A stretch of 64,000 nucleotides of DNA from Escherichia phage vB_EcoM_SYGD1, in the sequence record MW883059. One strand, written 5' to 3'. Made by a program: the position numbers and the translations under genes. Positions 9,273-17,684 of the stretch are shown here, piece after piece; positions within the stretch are counted from its first letter, which is position 1; every line of letters begins with the position of its first letter. Under the pieces are notes generated by a model. It had not been told where the DNA came from. It was given only the letters and a program-made list of their open reading frames with translations, and searched no databases.

Positions 9273-11969
9273 ATGAAAGAATTTTATATCTCTATCGAAA
9301 CAGTCGGAAATAATATTGTTGAGCGTTATATTGATGAAAACGGAAAGGAACGTACTCGTGAAGTAGAATATCTTCCGACTATGTTTAGGCACTGTAAGGA
9401 AGAGTCAAAATACAAAGACATTTATGGTAAAAACTGTGCTCCTCAAAAATTTCCATCAATGAAAGATGCACGAGATTGGATGAAACGAATGGAAGACATC
9501 GGTCTCGAAGCTCTCGGTATGAACGATTTTAAACTCGCTTATATCAGTGATACATATGGTTCAGAAATTGTTTATGACCGAAAATTTGTTCGTGTAGCTA
9601 ACTGCGACATTGAGGTTACTGGCGATAAATTTCCTGACCCAATGAAAGCAGAATATGAAATTGATGCTATCACTCATTATGATTCAATTGACGACCGTTT
9701 TTACGTCTTTGATTTGTTGAATTCAATGTACGGTTCAGTATCAAAATGGGATGCAAAGTTAGCTGCTAAGCTTGACTGCGAAGGTGGTGATGAAGTTCCT
9801 CAAGAAATTCTTGACCGAGTAATTTATATGCCATTCGATAATGAGCGTGATATGCTCATGGAATATATTAATCTCTGGGAACAGAAACGACCTGCTATTT
9901 TTACTGGTTGGAATATTGAGGGATTTGACGTTCCGTATATCATGAATCGTGTTAAAATGGTTCTCGGCGAACGTAGTATGAAACGCTTCTCTCCAATCGG
10001 TCGAGTAAAATCTAAACTAATTCAAAATATGTACGGTAGCAAAGAAATTTATTCTATTGATGGCGTATCTATTCTTGATTATTTAGATTTGTACAAAAAA
10101 TTCGCATTTACTAATTTGCCATCATTCTCTTTGGAATCAGTTGCTCAACATGAAACCAAAAAAGGTAAATTACCGTACGATGGTCCTATTAATAAACTTC
10201 GTGAGACTAATCATCAACGATACATTAGTTATAACATCATTGACGTAGAATCAGTTCAAGCAATTGATAAAATTCGTGGGTTTATCGATCTAGTTTTAAG
10301 TATGTCTTATTACGCTAAAATGCCTTTTTCTGGTGTAATGAGTCCTATTAAAACTTGGGATGCTATTATTTTTAACTCATTGAAAGGTGAACATAAGGTT
10401 ATTCCTCAACAAGGTTCGCACGTTAAACAGAGTTTTCCAGGTGCATTTGTATTTGAACCTAAACCGATTGCTCGTCGATACATTATGAGTTTTGACTTGA
10501 CATCTCTGTATCCTAGCATTATTCGTCAGGTTAACATTAGTCCTGAGACTATTCGTGGACAGTTTAAAGTTCATCCAATTCATGAATATATCGCAGGAAC
10601 AGCTCCTAAGCCAAGTGATGAATATTCTTGCTCTCCGAATGGATGGATGTATGATAAGCACCAAGAAGGTATCATTCCAAAGGAAATCGCTAAAGTATTT
10701 TTCCAGCGTAAAGATTGGAAAAAGAAAATGTTCGCCGAAGAAATGAATGCCGAAGCTATTAAAAAGATTATTATGAAAGGTGCAGGGTCTTGTTCAACTA
10801 AACCGGAAGTTGAACGATATGTTAAGTTCAATGATGATTTCTTAAATGAATTATCAAATTACACCGAATCTGTTCTTAATAGTCTGATCGAAGAATGTGA
10901 AAAAGCAGCTACACTTGCTAACACAAATCAGCTGAACCGTAAAATTCTTATTAACAGTCTTTATGGTGCTCTTGGTAACATTCATTTCCGTTACTATGAT
11001 TTGCGAAATGCTACTGCTATCACAATTTTTGGTCAAGTTGGTATTCAGTGGATTGCTCGTAAAATTAATGAATATCTGAATAAAGTATGTGGAACTGATG
11101 GTGAAGATTTCATCGCAGCAGGTGATACTGATTCGGTATATGTCTGCGTAGATAAAGTTATTGAAAAAGTAGGTCTTGACCGCTTTAAAGAACAAAATGA
11201 TTTAGTTGAATTTATGAATCAGTTTGGTAAGAAAAAGATGGAACCTATGATTGATGTTGCATATCGTGAGTTATGTGATTATATGAATAACCGCGAGCAT
11301 CTGATGCATATGGACCGTGAAGCTATTTCTTGCCCTCCACTTGGTTCAAAGGGTGTTGGTGGATTTTGGAAAGCGAAAAAACGTTATGCTCTGAACGTTT
11401 ATGATATGGAAGATAAACGATTTGCTGAACCGCATCTAAAAATCATGGGTATGGAAACTCAACAGAGTTCAACACCAAAAGCAGTACAAGAAGCTCTCGA
11501 AGAAAGTATTCGTCGTATTCTTCAGGAAGGCGAAGAGTCTGTCCAAGAATACTACAAGAACTTTGAGAAAGAATATCGTCAACTTGACTATAAAGTTATT
11601 GCTGAAGTAAAAACCGCGAACGATATAGCGAAATATGACGATAAAGGTTGGCCAGGATTTAAATGCCCGTTCCACATTCGTGGGGTGCTAACTTATCGTC
11701 GAGCTGTTAGTGGTTTAGGTGTAGCTCCAATTTTGGATGGAAATAAGGTAATGGTTCTTCCATTACGTGAAGGAAATCCATTTGGTGACAAGTGCATTGC
11801 TTGGCCATCAGGCACAGAACTTCCAAAAGAAATTCGTTCTGATGTACTGTCTTGGATTGACTACTCAACTTTGTTCCAAAAATCGTTTGTTAAACCGCTT
11901 GCGGGTATGTGTGAATCGGCGGGTATGGACTATGAAGAAAAAGCTTCGTTAGACTTCCTGTTTGGCTGA
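9273..11969 (+). CDS. 43: gp43 DNA polymerase (family B) with 3'-5' exonuclease domain
   Basis: 898 aa; Exo I motif VANCDIEV, polymerase motif A DLTSLYPS, motif C GDTDSVY. Confidence 0.95.
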   Translation: MKEFYISIETVGNNIVERYIDENGKERTREVEYLPTMFRHCKEESKYKDIYGKNCAPQKFPSMKDARDWMKRMEDIGLEALGMNDFKLAYISDTYGSEIVYDRKFVRVANCDIEVTGDKFPDPMKAEYEIDAITHYDSIDDRFYVFDLLNSMYGSVSKWDAKLAAKLDCEGGDEVPQEILDRVIYMPFDNERDMLMEYINLWEQKRPAIFTGWNIEGFDVPYIMNRVKMVLGERSMKRFSPIGRVKSKLIQNMYGSKEIYSIDGVSILDYLDLYKKFAFTNLPSFSLESVAQHETKKGKLPYDGPINKLRETNHQRYISYNIIDVESVQAIDKIRGFIDLVLSMSYYAKMPFSGVMSPIKTWDAIIFNSLKGEHKVIPQQGSHVKQSFPGAFVFEPKPIARRYIMSFDLTSLYPSIIRQVNISPETIRGQFKVHPIHEYIAGTAPKPSDEYSCSPNGWMYDKHQEGIIPKEIAKVFFQRKDWKKKMFAEEMNAEAIKKIIMKGAGSCSTKPEVERYVKFNDDFLNELSNYTESVLNSLIEECEKAATLANTNQLNRKILINSLYGALGNIHFRYYDLRNATAITIFGQVGIQWIARKINEYLNKVCGTDGEDFIAAGDTDSVYVCVDKVIEKVGLDRFKEQNDLVEFMNQFGKKKMEPMIDVAYRELCDYMNNREHLMHMDREAISCPPLGSKGVGGFWKAKKRYALNVYDMEDKRFAEPHLKIMGMETQQSSTPKAVQEALEESIRRILQEGEESVQEYYKNFEKEYRQLDYKVIAEVKTANDIAKYDDKGWPGFKCPFHIRGVLTYRRAVSGLGVAPILDGNKVMVLPLREGNPFGDKCIAWPSGTELPKEIRSDVLSWIDYSTLFQKSFVKPLAGMCESAGMDYEEKASLDFLFG

Positions 11970-11981
11970 TAGAATAAATCT

Positions 11982-12004
11982 AGGGACCTCCGGGTCCCTT
12001 TTTC
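11982..12004 (+). terminator. intrinsic terminator hairpin (AGGGACC-TCCG-GGTCCCT + T5)
   Basis: Perfect 7-bp GC-rich stem and T-tract immediately after the gene 43 stop. Confidence 0.6.
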
Positions 12005-12086
12005 ATACAAGTAATATAAATCTATACTTAGGAAAAATAGGTGATTCTGGACCTCTGGAATTCATTAAAATTTTTTTCACAAAACT

Positions 12087-12116
12087 GTTTACATCCCTGT
12101 TCTTCCGTGGTACTAT
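12087..12116 (+). promoter_or_regulatory. T4-type early promoter (-35 GTTTAC, 18-nt spacer, extended -10 TGgTACTAT)
   Basis: GTTTAC at 12087-12092, TACTAT at 12111-12116, AT-rich UP-like tract upstream; followed by a conserved leader and RBS GGAG before the ATG at 12151. Confidence 0.6.
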
Positions 12117-12150
12117 ACAACTATCAACTGATACGGATTTGGAGAATAAA

Positions 12151-12531
12151 ATGAAAATCGCTATTTTGGTTATTGCATTGGGTCTTACTGGTTGTGTAGC
12201 TCAAGGACCGGTAGTAAATCAATCTGATGTAGGAAAAATTGTAAACTGTTCAAGCAAATTTTATAATCCTAATGTTAAGTGTTATAAAGAAGCTCCAAAA
12301 CAGACAGTAGAACAAATGCAGGCGAATTTTGACGAAGCTATTCGCCCAGATGAATCTGCTCAAGCATATCGTAATTCGGATATAATTACACGCGAAGAAA
12401 AAATTGAAAACTACTGTGCTGAACTTTGGGCAAATTGGGCTAATAATTACCAATGGCGTACTGGTAAAAATGCTCCGATGGAGTATGTAGTGAATTCTTA
12501 TAATTCATGCGTAAAAAATTTGACTAAGTGA
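12151..12531 (+). CDS. putative lipoprotein (signal peptide with lipobox LTG-C)
   Basis: MKIAILVIALGLTGC is a typical lipoprotein signal and lipobox; own promoter and RBS. The track ORF 11962..12531 is an in-frame read-through of the promoter and leader, not the real N-terminus. Confidence 0.55.
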   Translation: MKIAILVIALGLTGCVAQGPVVNQSDVGKIVNCSSKFYNPNVKCYKEAPKQTVEQMQANFDEAIRPDESAQAYRNSDIITREEKIENYCAELWANWANNYQWRTGKNAPMEYVVNSYNSCVKNLTK

Positions 12532-12538
12532 GGAAAAG

Positions 12539-12790
12539 ATGGAAACTTTAGTAGCAGGTTCAATTTTTATGGTTTTAGTTTCAGGCGTGTTGGCTATTAT
12601 TATATACATGCTTCCATGGTTCATCGCCTTGATGCGTGGGTCAAAATCGACAGTAGGAATCTTTTTCACATCTTTACTGTTTAACTGGTCAATTATTGGT
12701 TGGTTTATTACCTTTATTTGGTCAATTGCAGGTGAAACTAAAAAATCTGCACAGCAAAATCAAGTAATTATCATCAGAGAGAAGGAATGA
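12539..12790 (+). CDS. imm: Imm superinfection immunity membrane protein
   Basis: 83 aa with two hydrophobic helices; size and position between 43 and 42 match T4 Imm. Confidence 0.75.
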   Translation: METLVAGSIFMVLVSGVLAIIIYMLPWFIALMRGSKSTVGIFFTSLLFNWSIIGWFITFIWSIAGETKKSAQQNQVIIIREKE

Positions 12791-12943
12791 AAAGCAAAAT
12801 TTTAACAGTATTGCTTTTAATCTTGATGATTATAATAAGTATATACTATAGCGTAACGGTTCCTTGTATGATTCCGACACTTATTATAGGTTGGGGTTTA
12901 TTACTGTTACAAGTTAAATATGAATGTATCAATTGAGGTTTAA

Positions 12944-13684
12944 ATGATTAGTGACTCTATGACAGTTGAAGAAATCCGTCTTCATTTGGGGCTTGCATTA
13001 AAGGAAAAAGATTTCGTAGTTGATAAAACTGGCGTTAAAACTATTGAAATTATTGGCGCATCATTTGTAGCAGATGAACCGTTTATTTTTGGCGCTCTTA
13101 ATGATGAATACATTCAGCGTGAACTTGAATGGTATAAATCTAAAAGTTTGTTTGTTAAAGATATTCCGGGTGAAACACCAAAGATTTGGCAACAGGTAGC
13201 ATCTTCTAAAGGCGAAATTAACTCGAATTATGGTTGGGCTATCTGGTCAGAAGATAACTATGCCCAGTATGATATGTGTTTAGCTGAGCTTGGTCAAAAT
13301 CCTGATTCTCGACGTGGTATCATGATTTATACTCGTCCATCCATGCAATTTGACTACAATAAAGATGGCATGTCAGATTTCATGTGTACGAATACAGTAC
13401 AGTACCTGATTCGTGATAAGAAAGTCAATGCAGTAGTTAACATGAGAAGTAATGATTGTTGGGCAGGCTATCGTAATGATTATGCATGGCAAAAATACGT
13501 ATTAGATAAATTAGTATCTGATTTGAATACAGGCGACCCGTCGCGGCAATATAAAGCAGGTTCTATTATATGGAATGTTGGAAGTCTTCATGTGTACGAA
13601 AATCAATTTTATTTAGTTGACCATTGGTGGAACACCGGTGAAACTCACATTGCTAAAAAGGATTATACCGGAAAATGGAAGTAA
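12944..13684 (+). CDS. 42: gp42 dCMP hydroxymethylase
   Basis: 246 aa, thymidylate-synthase-like fold; same length and position as T4 gp42. Confidence 0.9.
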   Translation: MISDSMTVEEIRLHLGLALKEKDFVVDKTGVKTIEIIGASFVADEPFIFGALNDEYIQRELEWYKSKSLFVKDIPGETPKIWQQVASSKGEINSNYGWAIWSEDNYAQYDMCLAELGQNPDSRRGIMIYTRPSMQFDYNKDGMSDFMCTNTVQYLIRDKKVNAVVNMRSNDCWAGYRNDYAWQKYVLDKLVSDLNTGDPSRQYKAGSIIWNVGSLHVYENQFYLVDHWWNTGETHIAKKDYTGKWK

Positions 13685-14316
13685 ATGTTCCACATGTTTA
13701 TAAGTATAAACATCCTAAAACTAAAAAGTGGTATATAGGAAGTCATGATGGTCACAACCCGAATTATGATGGTTCGGGTGTAGTTTGGCAGCATGCTAAA
13801 AAGAAATATGGAATAAAATCCTTTAATAAAGAAATATTATATGAAGGACCGATGTTTAGACAAGTTGAAGAAATTATTTTAACTTGTTTAGATGCTGCTA
13901 ATTGCCCGGATTCATATAATTTAAAGAATGAAGCGTGGGGAGGAAGTTTTCCAGGTAAATTAAATGGAATGTACGGTAAGAAACTATCTCCAGAAGAAAG
14001 ATATAAATGTGGAAATGCCTTTCGTGGAATCAAGCGTCCTGATCATTCTAAAAGAATGAAAGGCGAAGGTAATCCAATGTATGGTAAAAATGAGCAGGCA
14101 TATGGAATTATAAATCGAGCAAAGGAAAATTCTGGTAAAACTTATGAAGAAATTTTTGGCGCAGAAAAAGCTAAAATAATTAAAGAAACGATGTCTAAAA
14201 ATCGTAAAGGAAAACCTCATAATTTGATAGAAAAAATATGTCCGCATTGCGGACTAAAAGGACGTGGGCCAAATATGACAAGATACCATTTTGACAAATG
14301 TAAGGCACTTAAATGA
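13675..14316 (+). CDS. GIY-YIG homing endonuclease (Seg-like) with C-terminal zinc finger
   Basis: N-terminal GIY-YIG motifs VYKYKH ... KKWYIGSH; C-terminal CPHCGLKGRGPNMTRYHFDKC; start overlaps the gene 42 stop. Confidence 0.7.
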   Translation: MEVNVPHVYKYKHPKTKKWYIGSHDGHNPNYDGSGVVWQHAKKKYGIKSFNKEILYEGPMFRQVEEIILTCLDAANCPDSYNLKNEAWGGSFPGKLNGMYGKKLSPEERYKCGNAFRGIKRPDHSKRMKGEGNPMYGKNEQAYGIINRAKENSGKTYEEIFGAEKAKIIKETMSKNRKGKPHNLIEKICPHCGLKGRGPNMTRYHFDKCKALK

Positions 14317-15155
14317 TTCAATTCGTAATTCCAAGCTATCAACGCGTAGGGGCAGTTTCTGCCCTTGATATGTTTCCATCTGATTATGAACCACATATTG
14401 TAGTACGTGAACACGAAGAAAAAGCTTATTATGATGCTTATGGGTCTAGAGCTAAAATTATAACTATTCCTGATGATGTCAATGGAATTGCTGGTACTCG
14501 TAAAGCGATTACTGATATGTATGCAGGTCAACGAATTTGGATGATCGATGATGATACTACTATTCGTATGAGTTCAATGCGAAAGAAAGATGATCGTCGC
14601 TGTGTAGATAAAATTAATCAGTTAACCCGTGAACAGTTCTATGAATTGATTCAATACGTTGAAGATGCTATGGATTGCGGGTATTATCATGGTCATGCTC
14701 GTCTACCTATTTTTAAAATTACTTCATCTTGGGGTAATTATCGTGAAAATTCATATGGATTCACGAATACATGGTATGACCTCGGGAAACTTACAACAGA
14801 ACAAATTGGGTATGGAAAAATTGATTTATGCGAAGATATGTATGCATTTCTCAATTTAATTAATCAAGGTTATCCGCATTTGGCTTTGTTCAAATATCTG
14901 GTTGTGTCTGGAAAAGCACAAGCTCCTGGCGGATGTAGTTCAATTCGTAGTAATTCAAAACATAATAGAGCTCTTGAGCAAATCAATAGAGAGTTTCCAG
15001 AGCAAGCTCGTTGGAAAACATCGAATATTGAAAAGAGAAAATCGTTGGGTGAAGAAGACGAGCCATTAAAGGTTCTTCGTATGTGTGTTTCACGTAAAGA
15101 AAAGTCAGAAGCATTTCATAAGTTTAATGCTATTCATCCAATAGCAGTTGATTAA
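14313..15155 (+). CDS. putative DNA-modifying glycosyltransferase (GT-A-like, DxD motif), not T4-type beta-gt
   Basis: 280 aa with WMIDDDTTI; occupies the T4 beta-gt position between 42 and uvsX but does not resemble T4 beta-gt (351 aa) as I recall it. Confidence 0.5.
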   Translation: MIQFVIPSYQRVGAVSALDMFPSDYEPHIVVREHEEKAYYDAYGSRAKIITIPDDVNGIAGTRKAITDMYAGQRIWMIDDDTTIRMSSMRKKDDRRCVDKINQLTREQFYELIQYVEDAMDCGYYHGHARLPIFKITSSWGNYRENSYGFTNTWYDLGKLTTEQIGYGKIDLCEDMYAFLNLINQGYPHLALFKYLVVSGKAQAPGGCSSIRSNSKHNRALEQINREFPEQARWKTSNIEKRKSLGEEDEPLKVLRMCVSRKEKSEAFHKFNAIHPIAVD

Positions 15156-15173
15156 TGCCTAAATTTATTGTGT

Positions 15174-15179
15174 TATAAT
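15174..15179 (+). promoter_or_regulatory. extended -10 promoter element (TGT-TATAAT) upstream of uvsX
   Basis: TGTTATAAT read directly; no clear GTTTAC -35 at standard spacing. Confidence 0.35.
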
Positions 15180-15232
15180 TACCCTATCTTTAACCAGTGA
15201 GGAAAATATAATGATGCCTATGGAAAAAATGA

Positions 15233-16162
15233 ATGTCTATTGCAGATTTAAAATCCCGTTTGATTAAAGCTTCCACTTCTAAAATGACTGCTGAACTGAC
15301 TACATCTAAATTCTTTAATGAAAAGGATGTAATCCGTACAAAAATCCCAATGCTTAATATCGCTATTTCCGGTGCGATTGATGGCGGTATGCAGTCTGGT
15401 TTAACTATTTTTGCAGGTCCTTCTAAACACTTTAAATCAAATATGTCTTTGACTATGGTTGCGGCGTATTTGAACAAATATCCTGACGCGGTTTGTCTAT
15501 TTTATGATAGCGAATTTGGTATTACTCCAGCTTATTTGCGGTCCATGGGAGTTGACCCTGAACGAGTAATTCATACGCCAATTCAGTCAGTTGAACAACT
15601 GAAAATTGATATGGTGAATCAGCTTGAAGCTATCGAGCGCGGTGAAAAAGTTATTGTATTCATCGACTCAATCGGTAATATGGCTTCTAAGAAAGAAACG
15701 GAAGATGCCTTGAATGAAAAATCTGTGGCAGATATGACTCGTGCTAAATCACTGAAGTCATTATTCCGTATTGTTACTCCTTATTTTAGTATTAAAAACA
15801 TTCCATGTGTTGCGGTTAACCATACAATTGAAACAATTGAAATGTTTAGTAAAACCGTGATGACAGGTGGTTGTGTTATTGCTGGTACTAAAATCCAGAT
15901 GTCCGATGGTTCTACTAAAGCAGTTGAAGATATTCGTCCAGGTGAGCGTGTTAAAACCATGGTCGGTGATAATGAAGTAACTTATGTTTGGGACCCCGAA
16001 ACTCTGGCTGAAGGTACTCCTGAATGTTTCGAAATTGAATTCGAAGACGGTTATAAAGTAACTACTTCAGATACTCACAAGTTCCTGGTAATGGTTAAAG
16101 ACATTCCAACTTGGGTTGAAGCTAAAGATTTAGTAGCTGGAATGGATTGTGTTGTAAGGTAA
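15233..16162 (+). CDS. uvsX: UvsX recombinase N-terminal fragment (residues 1-213) fused to an intein N-half (96 aa), then stop
   Basis: The first 213 aa are near-identical to T4 UvsX as I recall it (Walker A GPSKHFKS). From Cys214 (nt 15872) the sequence CVIAGTKIQ...TSDTHKFLV...MDCVVR has intein block A/B character and ends at tandem TAA TAA stops. Confidence 0.85.
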   Translation: MSIADLKSRLIKASTSKMTAELTTSKFFNEKDVIRTKIPMLNIAISGAIDGGMQSGLTIFAGPSKHFKSNMSLTMVAAYLNKYPDAVCLFYDSEFGITPAYLRSMGVDPERVIHTPIQSVEQLKIDMVNQLEAIERGEKVIVFIDSIGNMASKKETEDALNEKSVADMTRAKSLKSLFRIVTPYFSIKNIPCVAVNHTIETIEMFSKTVMTGGCVIAGTKIQMSDGSTKAVEDIRPGERVKTMVGDNEVTYVWDPETLAEGTPECFEIEFEDGYKVTTSDTHKFLVMVKDIPTWVEAKDLVAGMDCVVR

Positions 16163-16165
16163 TAA

Positions 16166-16207
16166 ATATGGGTACCGGACTAATGTATATTTTTGAGGTA
16201 CCCATAT
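16166..16207 (+). promoter_or_regulatory. perfect 11-bp hairpin (ATATGGGTACC / GGTACCCATAT) sequestering the RBS and start codon of the endonuclease gene
   Basis: The 3' arm (16197-16207) covers the last GG of the GAGG Shine-Dalgarno and the AT of the ATG at 16206; 20-nt loop; AATAAATA (16161-16168) immediately 5' resembles a late promoter. Confidence 0.55.
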
Positions 16208-16928
16208 GAATTTTGTCTATAAAATTGTGTTCAACGATAGAATTAAAAACGGCACTCCGCCATATTACTACATAGGGAGCAAGACAAATGCTTCTTATGT
16301 AGATGGTAAGATTATTGACGCCCACGGTCGTGAGTACTATGGCTCATCGAGATATCCCGGATATCATGATTTTATCAATAATGTTACTGTTGAAATATTG
16401 GAGCAATATGATGATATTAAACACACTAAACTGCTAGAGCGCGAAAATTTCTATCAGAAACAAGTAAATGTTAAAACAAATCCAGATTATTTTAATTTAG
16501 ATTATGCTTGTGGGCATAATTCATATGCTAATGCTGATTTTGCATCATACAAGCATTATATAACAGGTAAATGTATTCGTCTTGAAAGAAACCATCCGCT
16601 TGTTAAATCTGGTGTGTATGTTGGCGTCACAAAAGGCGTGAAATCTTCTGATGAACACCGTAAGCACATATCAGAAGGTATTACCGGAGAAAACAATGGG
16701 TTCTATGGTAAGAAACACACTAAAGAAACAATTAATAAAATATCAGAAAAAGCAAAGAAAAGATTAAAGCATTCCCATCCTAGACAAAAAGGTGTTATCA
16801 TAAACGGTATTGAATACCGGGGCGTCAGACCTGCTGCAAGAGCGTTGGGAATTAATCCTAACACAATTATCAACAAAATTAAAGCTAATATAAAAGGATG
16901 GGCTTATGCAGTAGATGCACGCGGTTAA
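16206..16928 (+). CDS. free-standing GIY-YIG homing endonuclease (Seg-like) located between the two uvsX fragments
   Basis: 240 aa; GIY-YIG motifs FVYKIVF ... PPYYYIGSK; own RBS; different reading frame from the upstream uvsX fragment; paralogous to the ORF at 60053..60685. Confidence 0.75.
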   Translation: MNFVYKIVFNDRIKNGTPPYYYIGSKTNASYVDGKIIDAHGREYYGSSRYPGYHDFINNVTVEILEQYDDIKHTKLLERENFYQKQVNVKTNPDYFNLDYACGHNSYANADFASYKHYITGKCIRLERNHPLVKSGVYVGVTKGVKSSDEHRKHISEGITGENNGFYGKKHTKETINKISEKAKKRLKHSHPRQKGVIINGIEYRGVRPAARALGINPNTIINKIKANIKGWAYAVDARG

Positions 16929-17036
16929 GGCATTCGAAGATATGGTAAAAGAATTTGGAATGAACATGACAATCAAGATTATGCTTTCATGAAATATGTA
17001 TATTGAAACTAGCTACTACGAAACACAAGGTAAAGT

Positions 17037-17684
17037 ATGAAAATTAAATCTGTTAAATCTGTTGGTAAAAAAGAAGTCTATGATTTGTCTGTTGCTGACG
17101 TCGAGCATTATGTTTTAGAAAATGGTATCGTTACACACAACACAGGCGTAATGTATTCGGCTGATACTGTGTTCATTATCGGTAAGCGTCAGATTAAAGA
17201 TGGTTCTGATCTTCAAGGGTATCAATTTGTTCTAAATGTAGAAAAATCTCGTACCGTTAAAGAAAAAAGTAAATTCTTTATTGATGTTAAATTTGACGGT
17301 GGTATCGATCCTTATTCTGGATTGTTAGATATGGCTCTAGAATTAGGATTTGTAGTAAAACCTAAAAATGGCTGGTATGCTCGTGAATTTCTTGACGAAG
17401 AAACCGGCGAGATGATTCGCGAAGAAAAATCTTGGCGTGCAAAAGATACCAATTGCACTACATTCTGGGGTCCTTTATTTAAGCATCAACCATTCCGAGA
17501 TGCTATTAAACGTGCTTATCAGTTAGGTGCTATTGATAGTAATGAAATTGTTGAAGCTGAAGTTGATGAATTGATTAACTCAAAGGTTGAAAAATTTAAA
17601 TCTCCAGAAAGTAAAAACAAATCAGCAGCTGATTTAGAAACTGACCTAGATCAGTTAAGTGATATGGAAGAATTTAATGAATAA
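17037..17684 (+). CDS. uvsX: intein C-half (35 aa) fused to the UvsX recombinase C-terminal fragment (180 aa)
   Basis: After ...IVTHN the sequence TGVMYSADTVFIIGKRQIKDG...SDMEEFNE matches the T4 UvsX C-terminal half as I recall it; RBS AAGG precedes the ATG at 17037. Confidence 0.85.
   Translation: MKIKSVKSVGKKEVYDLSVADVEHYVLENGIVTHNTGVMYSADTVFIIGKRQIKDGSDLQGYQFVLNVEKSRTVKEKSKFFIDVKFDGGIDPYSGLLDMALELGFVVKPKNGWYAREFLDEETGEMIREEKSWRAKDTNCTTFWGPLFKHQPFRDAIKRAYQLGAIDSNEIVEAEVDELINSKVEKFKSPESKNKSAADLETDLDQLSDMEEFNE

Larger units (their letters stand above)
15872..17141 (+). mobile_element. split intein in uvsX (N-half 15872..16159, C-half 17037..17141) with a free-standing GIY-YIG endonuclease gene between the halves
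   Basis: N-half begins with Cys and has a TxxH-like block B (DTHKF); C-half MKIKSVKSVGKKEVYDLSVADVEHYVLENGIVTHN has blocks F/G and terminal HN followed by Thr+1; the flanking exteins rejoin to a UvsX-like sequence. Confidence 0.75.

Noticed and set aside
10377-11195. Minus-strand ORFs (95, 83 and 113 aa) inside gene 43
   Set aside because: They lie fully antisense within a strongly supported DNA polymerase gene, are AT-rich low-complexity translations and lack RBS signals; judged chance ORFs.
11962-12150. N-terminal part of the 189-aa track ORF (MADRINLGTSGSLFHTSNINLYLGKIGDSG...TIQLSTDTDLENK)
   Set aside because: It translates the terminator, the early promoter and the conserved leader; the real gene begins at the ATG at 12151 with a lipoprotein signal peptide. 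The same artefact affects the track ORFs starting at 40727, 41410, 30899, 32634 and 61769.
15190-15477. Minus-strand 95-aa ORF overlapping the uvsX start
   Set aside because: Antisense to the conserved uvsX N-terminus and its promoter; no RBS.
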